From: the human T2T-CHM13v2.0 reference genome, Homo sapiens
Length of the DNA stretch: 64,000 nucleotides
Reading direction: 5' to 3' (one strand)
NCBI RefSeq assembly: GCF_009914755.1
Contig: NC_060927.1
Positions 39,901-54,900 of the stretch are shown piece by piece. The position numbers and the translations under genes were made by a program. Under the pieces are notes generated by a model. That model saw nothing but the letters and a program-made list of their open reading frames with translations, had not been told where the DNA came from and made no database searches. Every line of letters begins with the position of its first letter. The first letter of the stretch is position 1.

Positions 39901-42900
39901 ACTCTGTGAGTTGAATGCAGAGATCACAACGTGGTTTCTGCGAATGATTCTTTGTAGTTTTTACATGAAGATATTTCGTTGTCAACCGTAGGCTTCAAAG
40001 CACTCAAAGTATTCACTTGGAACTTTTACAAAAAGAGTGTTAGAAAACTGCTCTTTCCAAAGTAAGGTTCAACTCTGTGAGTTGAATGCACACATAACAA
40101 TCAAGAAGTTTCTGAGAATTCTTCTGTCCTGGTTTATATGAAGAAATCCCGTTTCCAACGCAGGCCTCAACGACGTTTAAATATCCACTTGCAGACTTCA
40201 CAAACAGAGGGTTTCCAAACTGCTCTATGAAAAGAAAGGTTAAACTCTGTGAGTTGAATGCACACATCACAAAGTAGCTTCTGAGAATGATACTGTCTAG
40301 TTTTTATACGAAGATATTTCCTTTCTACCATTGGCGTCAAAGCGCTAGAATTCTCCACTTGCAAATTCCACAAAAAGAGTGTTTCCAATCTGCTCTGTCT
40401 AAAGGAAGGTTCAACTCTGTGAGTTGAATACACACACACAAAGAAGCTACTGAGAATTCTTTTGTCAAGAATTATAAGAAGAAATCCCGTTTCCAACGAA
40501 GGCCTCAAAGAGTTCCAAATATCCACTTGCACACTGCACAAACTAAGTCTTTCCAAACTGCTCTATGCAAAGAAATGTTCAACTCTGTGAGTTTAATACA
40601 CACATCACAAAGCAGTTTCTGAGAATGATACTGTCTAGTTTTTATACGAAGATATTTCCTTTTGTACCATTGGTCTCATACTGCTAGAATTTTCCACATG
40701 CAAATTCCACAAAAAGAGTGTTTCCAATCCGCTCTGTCTAAAGGAAGGTTCAACTCTCTGATTTGAATACATACATCCCAAAAGAAGTTACTGAGAATTC
40801 TTCTGTCTAGCATTATGTGAAGAAATCCCGTTTCCAACGAAAGCCTCAAAGAGGTCCAAATATCCAGTTGCAGAATTTACAAACTGACTGTTTCCAAACT
40901 CATCTATGAAAAGAAAGGTTAAACTCTGGGAGTTGAATGCACATATCACAAAGTAGTTCCTGAGAATGATTCTGTCTAGTTTTCATACGAAGATATTTCC
41001 TTTTCCACCAATGGCCTCAAAGTGCTTGAAATCTCCCCTTGCAAATTCCACAGACAAGTGTTTCAAATCTGCACTGTCTAAAGGAAGGTTCAACCCTGTG
41101 AGTTGAATACACACACACAGAAAAAAATTCACTGAGAATTCTATTGTCTATCATTACACGAAGAAATCCCGTTTACTACGAAGGCCTCAAAGAGGTCCAA
41201 ATATCCAGCTGCAGACATTACAAACTGAGTGTTTCCAAAGTGCTCTATGAAAAGAAGTGTTAAACACTGTGAGTTCAATGCACACATCCCAAAGCAGTTT
41301 CTGAGAATGATTCCGTCTATTTTTTCTACGAAGATATTTCCTTTTCTGCCGTTGGCCTCAAAGCGCTTGAAATCTCCACTTGCAAATTCCACAAAAAGAG
41401 AGTTTCAAATCTGCTCTGTCTAAAGGAAGGTTCAACTCTGTGAGTTGAATACACACCACAAAAAGAAGTTACTGAGAATTCTTCTGTCTAGCATTATATG
41501 AAAAATCCCGTTTCCAACGAAGGCCACAAAGAGGTCCAAATATCCACTTGCAGATTCTGCAAAAAGAGTGTTTCCAAACTGCTCTATGAAAAGAAACGTT
41601 AAACTCTGTGAGTTGAACGCAAACATCACAAAGTAGTTTCTGAGAATGACTCCGTCTAGTTTTTATACGAAGATATTTCCTTTCCTACCATTCACTTCAA
41701 AGCGCTTGAAGTCTCCCCCTGAAAATTCCACAAAAAGTGTTTCCAATCTGCTCTGCCTAAAGGAAGCTTCAACTCTGTGACTTGAATACCCACAACCCAA
41801 AGAAGTTACTGAGAATTCTTCTGTCTAGCATTATATGAAGAAATCCCGTTTCCAACGAAGGCCTCAAATACATCCAAATATCCAGTTGCTGACTTTACAA
41901 ACTGAGTGTTTCCAAACTGCTCTATGAAAAGAAAGGTTAAACACTGTGAGTTGAACACACACGTACCAAAGTAGTTTCTGAGAATGATTCTGTCTAGTTT
42001 GCATACGAAGATATTTCCTTTTCTACCATTGGCCTCAAAGCTCTGAAATCTCCACTTGCAAATTCCACAAAAAGAGAGTTTCAAATCTGCTGTTTCTAAA
42101 GGAAAGTTCAACTCTGAGAGTTGAATACACACCAGAAAAAGCAGTTACTGAGAAGTCTTCTGTCTAGCATTATATGAAGAAATCCCATTTCCAACGAAGA
42201 CTTCAAAGAGGTCCAAATATCCACTTGCAGATTCTGCAAAAAGAGTGTTTCGAAACAACTGTATGAAAAGAAAGGTTAAACACTGTGAGTTGAACGCACA
42301 CATTGCAAAGCAGTTTCTGAGAATGATTCCGTCTAATTATTATACGAAGGTATTTCCTTTTATATCATTGGCCTCAAAGCGCTTGATACCTCCACCTGAA
42401 AATTCCACAAAAAGAGTGTTTCCAATCTACTCTGTCTAAAGGAACGTTCAACTCTGTGAGTTGAATACACACACACAGAAAGAATTCACTGAGAATTCTT
42501 CTGTCTGGCATTACATGAAGAAATCCCGTTTCCAACGAAGGCCTCAAAGAGGTCCAAATATCCACTTGCAGATTCTGCAAAAAGAGTGTTTCAAAACCGC
42601 TCCATTAAAAGGAATGTTGAACTCTGTGAGTTGAATGCAAACATCACAACTCAGTTGCTGAGAATGCTTCTGACTAGATTTTATGGTAAGATATTTCCTT
42701 TTCTACCGTAGGCTTCAATGCCCTCTAAATACACCCTTGCAAATTCTACAAAGAGACTGTTTCATAACTGCTCTATAGGAAGAAAGGTTCAACTCTGTGA
42801 GTTGAATGCAGAGATCACAACGTGGTTTCTGCGAATGATTCTTTGTAGTTTTTACATGAAGATATTTCGTTGTCAACCGTAGGCTTCAAAGCACTCAAAG

Positions 42901-45900
42901 TATTCACTTGCAACTTTTACAAAAAGAGTGTTAGAAAACTGCTCTTTCCAAAGTAAGGTTCAACTCTGTGTGTTGAATGCACACATAACAATCAAGAAGT
43001 TTCTGAGAATTCTTCTGTCCTGGTTTATATGAAAAAATCCCGTTTCCAACGAAGGCCTCAAAGACGTTTAAATATCCACTTGCAGACTTCACAAACAGAG
43101 GGTTTCCAAACTGCTCTATGAAAACAAAGGTTAAACTCTGTGAGTTGAACGCACACATCACAAAGTAGCTTCTGAGAATGATACTGTCTAGTTTTTATAC
43201 GAAGATATTTCCTTTCTACCATTGGCGTCAAAGCGCTAGAATTCTCCACTTGCAATTTCCACAAAAAGAGTGTTTCCAATCTGCTCTGTCTAAAGGAAGG
43301 TTCAACTCTGTGAGTTGAATACACACACACAAAGAAGCTACTGAGAATTCTTTTGTCAAGAATTATAAGAAGAAATCCCGTTTCCAACGAAGGCCTCAAA
43401 GAGTTCCAAATATCCACTTGCACACTGCACAAACTAAGTCTTTCCAAACTGCTCTATGCAAAGAAATGTTCAACTCTGTGAGTTTAATACACACATCACA
43501 AAGCAGTTTCTGAGAATGATACTGTCTAGTTTTTATACGAAGATATTTCCTTTTGTACCATTGGCCTCATACTGCTAGAATTTTCCACTTGCAAATTCCA
43601 CAAAAAGAGTGTTTCCAATCCGCTCTGTCTAAAGGAAGGTTCAACTCTCTGATTTGAATACATACATCCCAAAAGAAGTTCCTGAGAATTCTTCTGTCTA
43701 GCATTATGTGAAGAAATCCCGTTTCCAACGAAAGCCTCAAAGAGGTCCAAATATCCAGTTGCAGAATTTACAAACTGACTGTTTCCAAACTCATCTATGA
43801 AAAGAAAGGTTAAACTCTGTGAGTTGAATGCACATATCACAAAGTAGTTCCTGAGAATGATTCTGTCTAGTTTTTATACGAAGATATTTCCTTTTCCACC
43901 AATGGCCTCAAAGTGCTTGAAATCTCCCCTTGCAAATTCCACAGACAAGTGTCTCAAATCTGCACTGTCTAAAGGAAGGTTCAACCCTGTGAGTTGAATA
44001 CACACACACAGATAAAAATTCACTGAGAATTCTATTGTCTATCATTACACGAAGAAATCCCCTTTACTACGAAGGCCTCAAAGAGGTCCAAATATCCAGC
44101 TGCAGACATTACAAACTGAGTGTTTCCAAAGTGCTCTATGAAAAGAAGTGTTAAACACTGTGAGTTCAATGCACACATCCCAAAGCAGTTTCTGAGAATG
44201 ATTCCGTCTATTTTTTCTACGAAGATATTTCCTTTTCTGCCGTTGGCCTCAAAGCGCTTGAAATCTCCACTTGCAAATTCCACAAAAAGAGAGTTTCAAA
44301 TCTGCTCTGTCTAAAGGAAGGTTCAACTCTGTGAGTTGAATACACACCACAAAAAGAAGTTACTGAGAATTCTTCTGTCTAGCATTATATGAAAAATCCC
44401 GTTTCCAACGAAGGCCACAAAGAGGTCCAAATATCCACTTGCAGATTCTGCAAAAAGAGTGTTTCCAAACTGCTCTATGAAAAGAAACGTTAAACTCTGT
44501 GAGTTGAACGCAAACATCACAAAGTAGTTTCTGAGAATGACTCCGTCTAGTTTTTATACGAAGATATTTCCTTTCCTACCATTCACTTCAAAGCGCTTGA
44601 AGTCTCCCCCTGAAAATTCCACAAAAAGTGTTTCCAATCTGCTCCGCCTAAAGGAAGCTTCAACTCTGTGACTTGAATACCCACAACCCAAAGAAGTTAC
44701 TGAGAATTCTTCTGTCTAGCATTATATGAAGAAATCCCGTTTCCAACGAAGGCCTCAAATACATCCAAATATCCAGTTGCTGACTTTACAAACTGAGTGT
44801 TTCCAAACTGCTCTATGAAAAGAAAGGTTAAACACTGTGAGTTGAACACACACGTACCAAAGTAGTTTCTGAGAATGATTCTGTCTAGTTTGCATACGAA
44901 GATATTTCCTTTTCTACCATTGGCCTCAAAGCTCTGAAATCTCCACTTGCAAATTCCACAAAAAGAGAGTTTCAAATCTGCTGTTTCTAAAGGAAAGTTC
45001 AACTCTGAGAGTTGAATACACACCAGAAAAAGCAGTTACTGAGAAGTCTTCTGTCTAGCATTATATGAAGAAATCCCATTTCCAACGAAGACTTCAAAGA
45101 GGTCCAAATATCCACTTGCAGATTCTGCAAAAAGAGTGTTTCGAAACAACTCTATGAAAAGAAAGGTTAAACACTGTGAGTTGAACGCACACATTGCAAA
45201 GCAGTTTCTGAGAATGATTCCGTCTAATTATTATACGAAGGTATTTCCTTTTCTATCATTGGCCTCAAAGCGCTTGATACCTCCACCTGAAAATTCCACA
45301 AAAAGAGTGTTTCCAATCTACTCTGTCTAAAGGAACGTTCAACTCTGTGAGTTGAATACACACACACAGAAAGAATTCACTGAGAATTCTTCTGTCTGGC
45401 ATTACATGAAGAAATCCCGTTTCCAACGAAGGCCTCAAAGAGGTCCAAATATCCACTTGCAGATTCTGCAAAAAGAGTGTTTCAAAACCGCTCCATTAAA
45501 AGGAATGTTGAACTCTGTGAGTTGAATGCAAACATCACAACTCAGTTGCTGAGAATGCTTCTGACTAGATTTTATGGTAAGATATTTCCTTTTCTACCGT
45601 AGGCTTCAATGCCCTCTAAATACACCCTTGCAAATTCTACAAAGAGACTGTTTCATAACTGCTCTATAGGAAGAAAGGTTCAACTCTGTGAGTTGAATGC
45701 AGAGATCACAACGTGGTTTCTGCGAATGATTCTTTGTAGTTTTTACATGAAGATATTTCGTTGTCAACCGTAGGCTTCAAAGCACTCAAAGTATTCACTT
45801 GGAACTTTTACAAAAAGAGTGTTAGAAAACTGCTCTTTCCAAAGTAAGGTTCAACTCTGTGAGTTGAATGCACACATAACAATCAAGAAGTTTCTGAGAA

Positions 45901-48900
45901 TTCTTCTGTCCTGGTTTATATGAAGAAATCCCGTTTCCAACGAAGGCCTCAAAGACGTTTAAATATCCACTTGCAGACTTCACAAACAGAGGGTTTCCAA
46001 ACTGCTCTATGAAAAAAAAGGTTAAACTCCGTCAGTTGAACGCACACATCACAAAGTAGCTTCTGAGAATGATACTGTCTAGTTTTTATACGAAGATATT
46101 TCCTTTCTACCATTGGCGTCAAAGCGCTAGAATTCTCCACTTGCAAATTCCACAAAAAGAGTGTTTCCAATCTGCTCTGTCTAAAGGAAGGTTCAACTCT
46201 GTGAGTTGAATACACACACAAAGAAGCTACTGAGAATTCTTTTGTCAAGAATTACAAGAAGAAATCCCGTTTCCAACGAAGGCCTCAAAGAGTTCCAAAT
46301 ATCCACTTGCACACTGCACAAACTAAGTCTTTCCAAACTGCTCTATGCAAAGAAATGTTCAACTCTGTGAGTTTAATACGCACATCACAAAGCAGTTTCT
46401 GAGAATGATACTGTCTAGTTTTTATACGAAGATATTTCCTTTTGTACCATTGGCCTCATACTGCTAGAATTTTCCACTTGCAAATTCCACAAAAAGAGTG
46501 TTTCCAATCCGCTCTGTCTAAAGGAAGGTTCAACTCTCTGATTTGAATACATACATCCCAAAAGAAGTTACTGAGAATTCTTCTGTCTAGCATTATGTGA
46601 AGAAATCCCGTTTCCAACGAAAGCCTCAAAGAGGTCCAAATATCCAGTTGCAGAATTTACAAACTGACTGTTTCCAAACTCATCTATGAAAAGAAAGGTT
46701 AAACTCTGGGAGTTGAATGCACATATCACAAAGTAGTTCCTGAGAATGATTCTGTCTAGTTTTCATACGAAGATATTTCCTTTTCCACCAATGGCCTCAA
46801 AGTGCTTGAAATCTCCCCTTGCAAATTCCACAGACAAGTGTTTCAAATCTGCACTGTCTAAAGGAAGGTTCAACCCTGTGAGTTGAATACACACACACAG
46901 AAAAAAATTCACTGAGAATTCTATTGTCTATCATTACACGAAGAAATCCCGTTTACTACGAAGGCCTCAAAGAGGTCCAAATATCCAGCTGCAGACATTA
47001 CAAACTGAGTGTTTCCAAAGTGCTCTATGAAAAGAAGTGTTAAACACTGTGAGTTCAATGCACACATCCCAAAGCAGTTTCTGAGAATGATTCCGTCTAT
47101 TTTTTCTACGAAGATATTTCCTTTTCTGCCGTTGGCCTCAAAGCGCTTGAAATCTCCACTTGCAAATTCCACAAAAAGAGAGTTTCAAATCTGCTCTGTC
47201 TAAAGGAAGGTTCAACTCTGTGAGTTGAATACACACCACAAAAAGAAGTTACTGAGAATTCTTCTGTCTAGCATTATATGAAAAATCCCGTTTCCAACGA
47301 AGGCCACAAAGAGGTCCAAATATCCACTTGCAGATTCTGCAAAAAGATTGTTTCCAAACTGCTCTATGAAAAGAAACGTTAAACTCTGTGAGTTGAACGC
47401 AAACATCACAAAGTAGTTTCTGAGAATGACTCCGTCTAGTTTTTATACGAAGATATTTCCTTTCCTACCATTCACTTCAAAGCGCTTGAAGTCTCCCCCT
47501 GAAAATTCCACAAAAAGTGTTTCCAATCTGCTCCGCCTAAAGGAAGCTTCAACTCTGTGACTTGAATACCCACAACCCAAAGAAGTTACTGAGAATTCTT
47601 CTGTCTAGCATTATATGAAGAAATCCCGTTTCCAACGAAGGCCTCAAATACATCCAAATATCCAGTTGCTGACTTTACAAACTGAGTGTTTCCAAACTGC
47701 TCTATGAAAAGAAAGGTTAAACACTGTGAGTTGAACAAACACGTACCAAAGTAGTTTCTGAGAATGATTCTGTCTAGTTTGCATACGAAGATATTTCCTT
47801 TTCTACCATTGGCCTCAAAGCTCTGAAATCTCCACTTGCAAATTCCACAAAAAGAGAGTTTCAAATCTGCTGTTTCTAAAGGAAAGTTCAACTCTGAGAG
47901 TTGAATACACACCAGAAAAAGCAGTTACTGAGAAGTCTTCTGTCTAGCATTATATGAAGAAATCCCATTTCCAACGAAGACTTCAAAGAGGTCCAAATAT
48001 CCACTTGCAGATTCTGCAAAAAGAGTGTTTCGAAACAACTCTATGAAAAGAAAGGTTAAACACTGTGAGTTGAACGCACACATTGCAAAGCAGTTTCTGA
48101 GAATGATTCCGTCTAATTATTATACGAAGGTATTTCCTTTTCTATCATTGGCCTCAAAGCGCTTGATACCTCCACCTGAAAATTCCACAAAAAGAGTGTT
48201 TCCAATCTACTCTGTCTAAAGGAACGTTCAACTCTGTGAGTTGAATACACACACACAGAAAGAATTCACTGAGAATTCTTCTGTCTGGCATTACATGAAG
48301 AAATCCCGTTTCCAACGAAGGCCTCAAAGAGGTCCAAATATCCACTTGCAGATTCTGCAAAAAGAGTGTTTCAAAACCGCTCCATTAAAAGGAATGTTGA
48401 ACTCTGTGAGTTGAATGCAAACATCACAACTCAGTTGCTGAGAATGCTTCTGACTAGATTTTATGGTAAGATATTTCCTTTTCTACCGTAGGCTTCAATG
48501 CCCTCTAAATACACCCTTGCAAATTCTACAAAGAGACTGTTTCATAACTGCTCTATAGGAAGAAAGGTTCAACTCTGTGAGTTGAATGCAGAGATCACAA
48601 CGTGGTTTCTGCGAATGATTCTTTGTAGTTTTTACATGAAGATATTTCGTTGTCAACCGTAGGCTTCAAAGCACTCAAAGTATTCACTTGGAACTTTTAC
48701 AAAAAGAGTGTTAGAAAACTGCTCTTTCCAAAGTAAGGTTCAACTCTGTGAGTTGAATGCACACATAACAATCAAGAAGTTTCTGAGAATTCTTCTGTCC
48801 TGGTTCATATGAAGAAATCCCGTTTCCAACGAAGGCCTCAAAGACGTTTAAATATCCACTTGCAGACTTCACAAACAGAGGGTTTCCAAACTGCTCTATG

Positions 48901-51900
48901 AAAAGAAAGGTTAAACTCTGTGAGTTGAACGCACACATCACAAAGTAGCTTCTGAGAATGATACTGTCTAGTTTTTATACGAAGATATTTCCTTTCTACC
49001 ATTGGCGTCAAAGCGCTAGAATTCTCCACTTGCAAATTCCACAAAAAGAGTGTTTCCAATCTGCTCTGTCTAAAGGAAGGTTCAACTCTGTGAGTTGAAT
49101 ACACACACACAAAGAAGCTACTGAGAATTCTTTTGTCAAGAATTATAAGAAGAAATCCCGTTTCCAACGAAGGCCTCAAAGAGTTCCAAATATCCACTTG
49201 CACACTGCACAAACTAAGTCTTTCCAAACTGCTCTATGCAAAGAAATGTTCAACTCTGTGAGTTTAATACACACATCACAAAGCAGTTTCTGAGAATGAT
49301 ACTGTCTAGTTTTTATACGAAGATATTTCCTTTTGTACCATTGGCCTCATACTGCTAGAATTTTCCACTTGCAAATTCCACAAAAAGAGTGTTTCCAATC
49401 CGCTCTGTCTAAAGGAAGGTTCAACTCTCTGATTTGAATACATACATCCCAAAAGAAGTTCCTGAGAATTCTTCTGTCTAGCATTATGTGAAGAAATCCC
49501 GTTTCCAACGAAAGCCTCAAAGAGGTCCAAATATCCAGTTGCAGAATTTACAAACTGACTGTTTCCAAACTCATCTATGAAAAGAAAGGTTAAACTCTGG
49601 GAGTTGAATGCACATATCACAAAGTAGTTCCTGAGAATGATTCTGTCTAGTTTTCATACGAAGATATTTCCTTTTCCACCAATGGCCTCAAAGTGCTTGA
49701 AATCTCCCCTTGCAAATTCCACAGACAAGTGTTTCAAATCTGCACTGTCTAAAGGAAGGTTCAACCCTGTGAGTTGAATACACACACACAGAAAAAAATT
49801 CACTGAGAATTCTATTGTCTATCATTACACGAAGAAATCCCGTTTACTACGAAGGCCTCAAAGAGGTCCAAATATCCAGCTGCAGACATTACAAACTGAG
49901 TGTTTCCAAAGTGCTCTATGAAAAGAAGTGTTAAACACTGTGAGTTCAATGCACACATCCCAAAGCAGTTTCTGAGAATGATTCCGTCTATTTTTTCTAC
50001 GAAGATATTTCCTTTTCTGCCGTTGGCCTCAAAGCGCTTGAAATCTCCACTTGCAAATTCCACAAAAAGAGAGTTTCAAATCTGCTCTGTCTAAAGGAAG
50101 GTTCAACTCTGTGAGTTGAATACACACCACAAAAAGAAGTTACTGAGAATTCTTCTGTCTAGCATTATATGAAAAATCCCGTTTCCAACGAAGGCCACAA
50201 AGAGGTCCAAATATCCACTTGCAGATTCTGCAAAAAGAGTGTTTCCAAACTGCTCTATGAAAAGAAACGTTAAACTCTGTGAGTTGAACGCAAACATCAC
50301 AAAGTAGTTTCTGAGAATGACTCCGTCTAGTTTTTATACGAAGATATTTCCTTTCCTACCATTCACTTCAAAGCGCTTGAAGTCTCCCCCTGAAAATTCC
50401 ACAAAAAGTGTTTCCAATCTGCTCCGCCTAAAGGAAGCTTCAACTCTGTGACTTGAATACCCACAACCCAAAGAAGTTACTGAGAATTCTTCTGTCTAGC
50501 ATTATATGAAGAAATCCCGTTTCCAACGAAGGCCTCAAATACATCCAAATATCCAGTTGCTGACTTTACAAACTGAGTGTTTCCAAACTGCTGTATGAAA
50601 AGAAAGGTTAAACACTGTGAGTTGAACACACACGTACCAAAGTAGTTTCTGAGAATGATTCTGTCTAGTTTGCATACGAAGATATTTCCTTTTCTACCAT
50701 TGGCCTCAAAGCTCTGAAATCTCCACTTGCAAATTCCACAAAAAGAGAGTTTCAAATCTGCTGTTTCTAAAGGAAAGTTCAACTCTGAGAGTTGAATACA
50801 CACCAGAAAAAGCAGTTACTGAGAAGTCTTCTGTCTAGCATTATATGAAGAAATCCCATTTCCAACGAAGACTTCAAAGAGGTCCAAATATCCACTTGCA
50901 GATTCTGCAAAAAGAGTGTTTCGAAACAACTCTATGAAAAGAAAGGTTAAACACTGTGAGTTGAACGCACACATTGCAAAGCAGTTTCTGAGAATGATTC
51001 CGTCTAATTATTATACGAAGGTATTTCCTTTTCTATCATTGGCCTCAAAGCGCTTGATACCTCCACCTGAAAATTCCACAAAAAGAGTGTTTCCAATCTA
51101 CTCTGTCTAAAGGAACGTTCAACTCTGTGAGTTGAATACACACACACAGAAAGAATTCACTGAGAATTCTTCTGTCTGGCATTACATGAAGAAATCCCGT
51201 TTCCAACGAAGGCCTCAAAGAGGTCCAAATATCCACTTGCAGATTCTGCAAAAAGAGTGTTTCAAAACCGCTCCATTAAAAGGAATGTTGAACTCTGTGA
51301 GTTGAATGCAAACATCACAACTCAGTTGCTGAGAATGCTTCTGACTAGATTTTATGGTAAGATATTTCCTTTTCTACCGTAGGCTTCAATGCCCTCTAAA
51401 TACACCCTTGCAAATTCTACAAAGAGACTGTTTCATAACTGCTCTATAGGAAGAAAGGTTCAACTCTGTGAGTTGAATGCAGAGATCACAACGTGGTTTC
51501 TGCGAATGATTCTTTGTAGTTTTTACATGAAGATATTTCGTTGTCAACCGTAGGCTTCAAAGCACTCAAAGTATTCACTTGGAACTTTTACAAAAAGAGT
51601 GTTAGAAAACTGCTCTTTCCAAAGTAAGGTTCAACTCTGTGAGTTGAATGCACACATAACAATCAAGAAGTTTCTGAGAATTCTTCTGTCCTGGTTTATA
51701 TGAAGAAATCCCGTTTCCAACGAAGGCCTCAAAGACGTTTAAATATCCACTTGCAGACTTCACAAACAGAGGGTTTCCAAACTGCTCTATGAAAAAAAAG
51801 GTTAAACTCTGTCAGTTGAACGCACACATCACAAAGTAGCTTCTGAGAATGATACTGTCTAGTTTTTATACGAAGATATTTCCTTTCTACCATTGGCGTC

Positions 51901-54900
51901 AAAGCGCTAGAATTCTCCACTTGCAAATTCCACAAAAAGAGTGTTTCCAATCTGCTCTGTCTAAAGGAAGGTTCAACTCTGTGAGTTGAATACACACACA
52001 CAAAGAAGCTACTGAGAATTCTTTTGTCAAGAATTACAAGAAGAAATCCCGTTTCCAACGAAGGCCTCAAAGAGTTCCAAATATCCACTTGCACACTGCA
52101 CAAACTAAGTGTTTCCAAACTGCTCTATGCAAAGAAATGTTCAACTCTGTGAGTTTAATACACACATCACAAAGCAGTTTCTGAGAATGATACTGTCTAG
52201 TTTTTATATGAAGATATTTCCTTTTGTACCATTGGCCTCATACTGCTAGAATTTTCCACTTGCAAATTCCACAAAAAGAGTGTTTCCAATCCGCTCTGTC
52301 TAAAGGAAGGTTCAACTCTCTGATTTGAATACATACATCCCAAAAGAAGTTCCTGAGAATTCTTCTGTCTAGCATTATGTGAAGAAATCCCGTTTCCAAC
52401 GAAAGCCTCAAAGAGGTCCAAATATCCAGTTGCAGAATTTACAAACTGACTGTTTCCAAACTCATCTATGAAAAGAAAGGTTAAACTCTGGGAGTTGAAT
52501 GCACATATCACAAAGTAGTTCCTGAGAATGATTCTGTCTAGTTTTCATACGAAGATATTTCCTTTTCCACCAATGGCCTCAAAGTGCTTGAAATCTCCCC
52601 TTGCAAATTCCACAGACAAGTGTTTCAAATCTGCACTGTCTAAAGGAAGGTTCAACCCTGTGAGTTGAATACACACACACAGAAAAAAATTCACTGAGAA
52701 TTCTATTGTCTATCATTACACGAAGAAATCCCGTTTACTACGAAGGCCTCAAAGAGGTCCAAATATCCAGCTGCAGACATTACAAACTGAGTGTTTCCAA
52801 ATTGCTCTATGAAAAGAAGTGTTAAACACTGTGAGTTCAATGCACACATCCCAAAGCAGTTTCTGAGAATGATTCCGTCTATTTTTTCTACGCAGATATT
52901 TCCTTTTCTGCCGTTGGCCTCAAAGCGCTTGAAATCTCCACTTGCAAATTCCACAAAAAGAGAGTTTCAAATCTGCTCTGTCTAAAGGAAGGTTCAACTC
53001 TGTGAGTTGAATACACACCACAAAAAGAAGTTACTGAGAATTCTTCTGTCTAGCATTATATGAAAAATCCCGTTTCCAACGAAGGCCACAAAGAGGTCCA
53101 AATATCCACTTGCAGATTCTGCAAAAAGAGTGTTTCCAAACTGCTCTATGAAAAGAAACGTTAAACTCTGTGAGTTGAACGCAAACATCACAAAGTAGTT
53201 TCTGAGAATGACTCCGTCTAGTTTTTATACGAAGATATTTCCTTTCCTACCATTCACTTCAAAGCGCTTGAAGTCTCCCCCTGAAAATTCCACAAAAAGT
53301 GTTTCCAATCTGCTCCGCCTAAAGGAAGCTTCAACTCTGTGACTTGAATACCCACAACCCAAAGAAGTTACTGAGAATTCTTCTGTCTAGCATTATATGA
53401 AGAAATCCCGTTTCCAACGAAGGCCTCAAATACATCCAAATATCCAGTTGCTGACTTTACAAACTGAGTGTTTCCAAACTGCTCTATGAAAAGAAAGGTT
53501 AAACACTGTGAGTTGAACAAACACGTACCAAAGTAGTTTCTGAGAATGATTCTGTCTAGTTTGCATACGAAGATATTTCCTTTTCTACCATTGGCCTCAA
53601 AGCTCTGAAATCTCCACTTGCAAATTCCACAAAAAGAGAGTTTCAAATCTGCTGTTTCTAAAGGAAAGTTCAACTCTGAGAGTTGAATACACACCAGAAA
53701 AAGCAGTTACTGAGAAGTCTTCTGTCTAGCATTATATGAAGAAATCCCATTTCCAACGAAGACTTCAAAGAGGTCCAAATATCCACTTGCAGATTCTGCA
53801 AAAAGAGTGTTTCGAAACAACTGTATGAAAAGAAAGGTTAAACACTGTGAGTTGAACGCACACATTGCAAAGCAGTTTCTGAGAATGATTCCGTCTAATT
53901 ATTATACGAAGGTATTTCCTTTTCTATCATTGGCCTCAAAGCGCTTGATACCTCCACCTGAAAATTCCACAAAAAGAGTGTTTCCAATCTACTCTGTCTA
54001 AAGGAACGTTCAACTCTGTGAGTTGAATACACACACACAGAAAGAATTCACTGAGAATTCTTCTGTCTGGCATTACATGAAGAAATCCCGTTTCCAACGA
54101 AGGCCTCAAAGAGGTCCAAATATCCACTTGCAGATTCTGCAAAAAGAGTGTTTCAAAACCGCTCCATTAAAAGGAATGTTGAACTCTGTGAGTTGAATGC
54201 AAACATCACAACTCAGTTGCTGAGAATGCTTCTGACTAGATTTTATGGTAAGATATTTCCTTTTCTACCGTAGGCTTCAATGCCCTCTAAATACACCCTT
54301 GCAAATTCTACAAAGAGACTGTTTCATAACTGCTCTATAGGAAGAAAGGTTCAACTCTGTGAGTTGAATGCAGAGATCACAACGTGGTTTCTGCGAATGA
54401 TTCTTTGTAGTTTTTACATGAAGATATTTCGTTGTCAACCGTAGGCTTCAAAGCACTCAAAGTATTCACTTGGAACTTTTACAAAAAGAGTGTTAGAAAA
54501 CTGCTCTTTCCAAAGTAAGGTTCAACTCTGTGAGTTGAATGCACACATAACAATCAAGAAGTTTCTGAGAATTCTTCTGTCCTGGTTTATATGAAGAAAT
54601 CCCGTTTCCAACAAAGGCCTCAAAGACGTTTAAATATCCACTTGCAGACTTCACAAACAGAGGGTTTCCAAACTGCTCTATGAAAAAAAAGGTTAAACTC
54701 TGTCAGTTGAACGCACACATCACAAAGTAGCTTCTGAGAATGATACTGTCTAGTTTTTATACGAAGATATTTCCTTTCTACCATTGGCGTCAAAGCGCTA
54801 GAATTCTCCACTTGCAAATTCCACAAAAAGAGTGTTTCCAATCTGCTCTGTCTAAAGGAAGGTTCAACTCTGTGAGTTGAATACACACACACAAAGAAGC

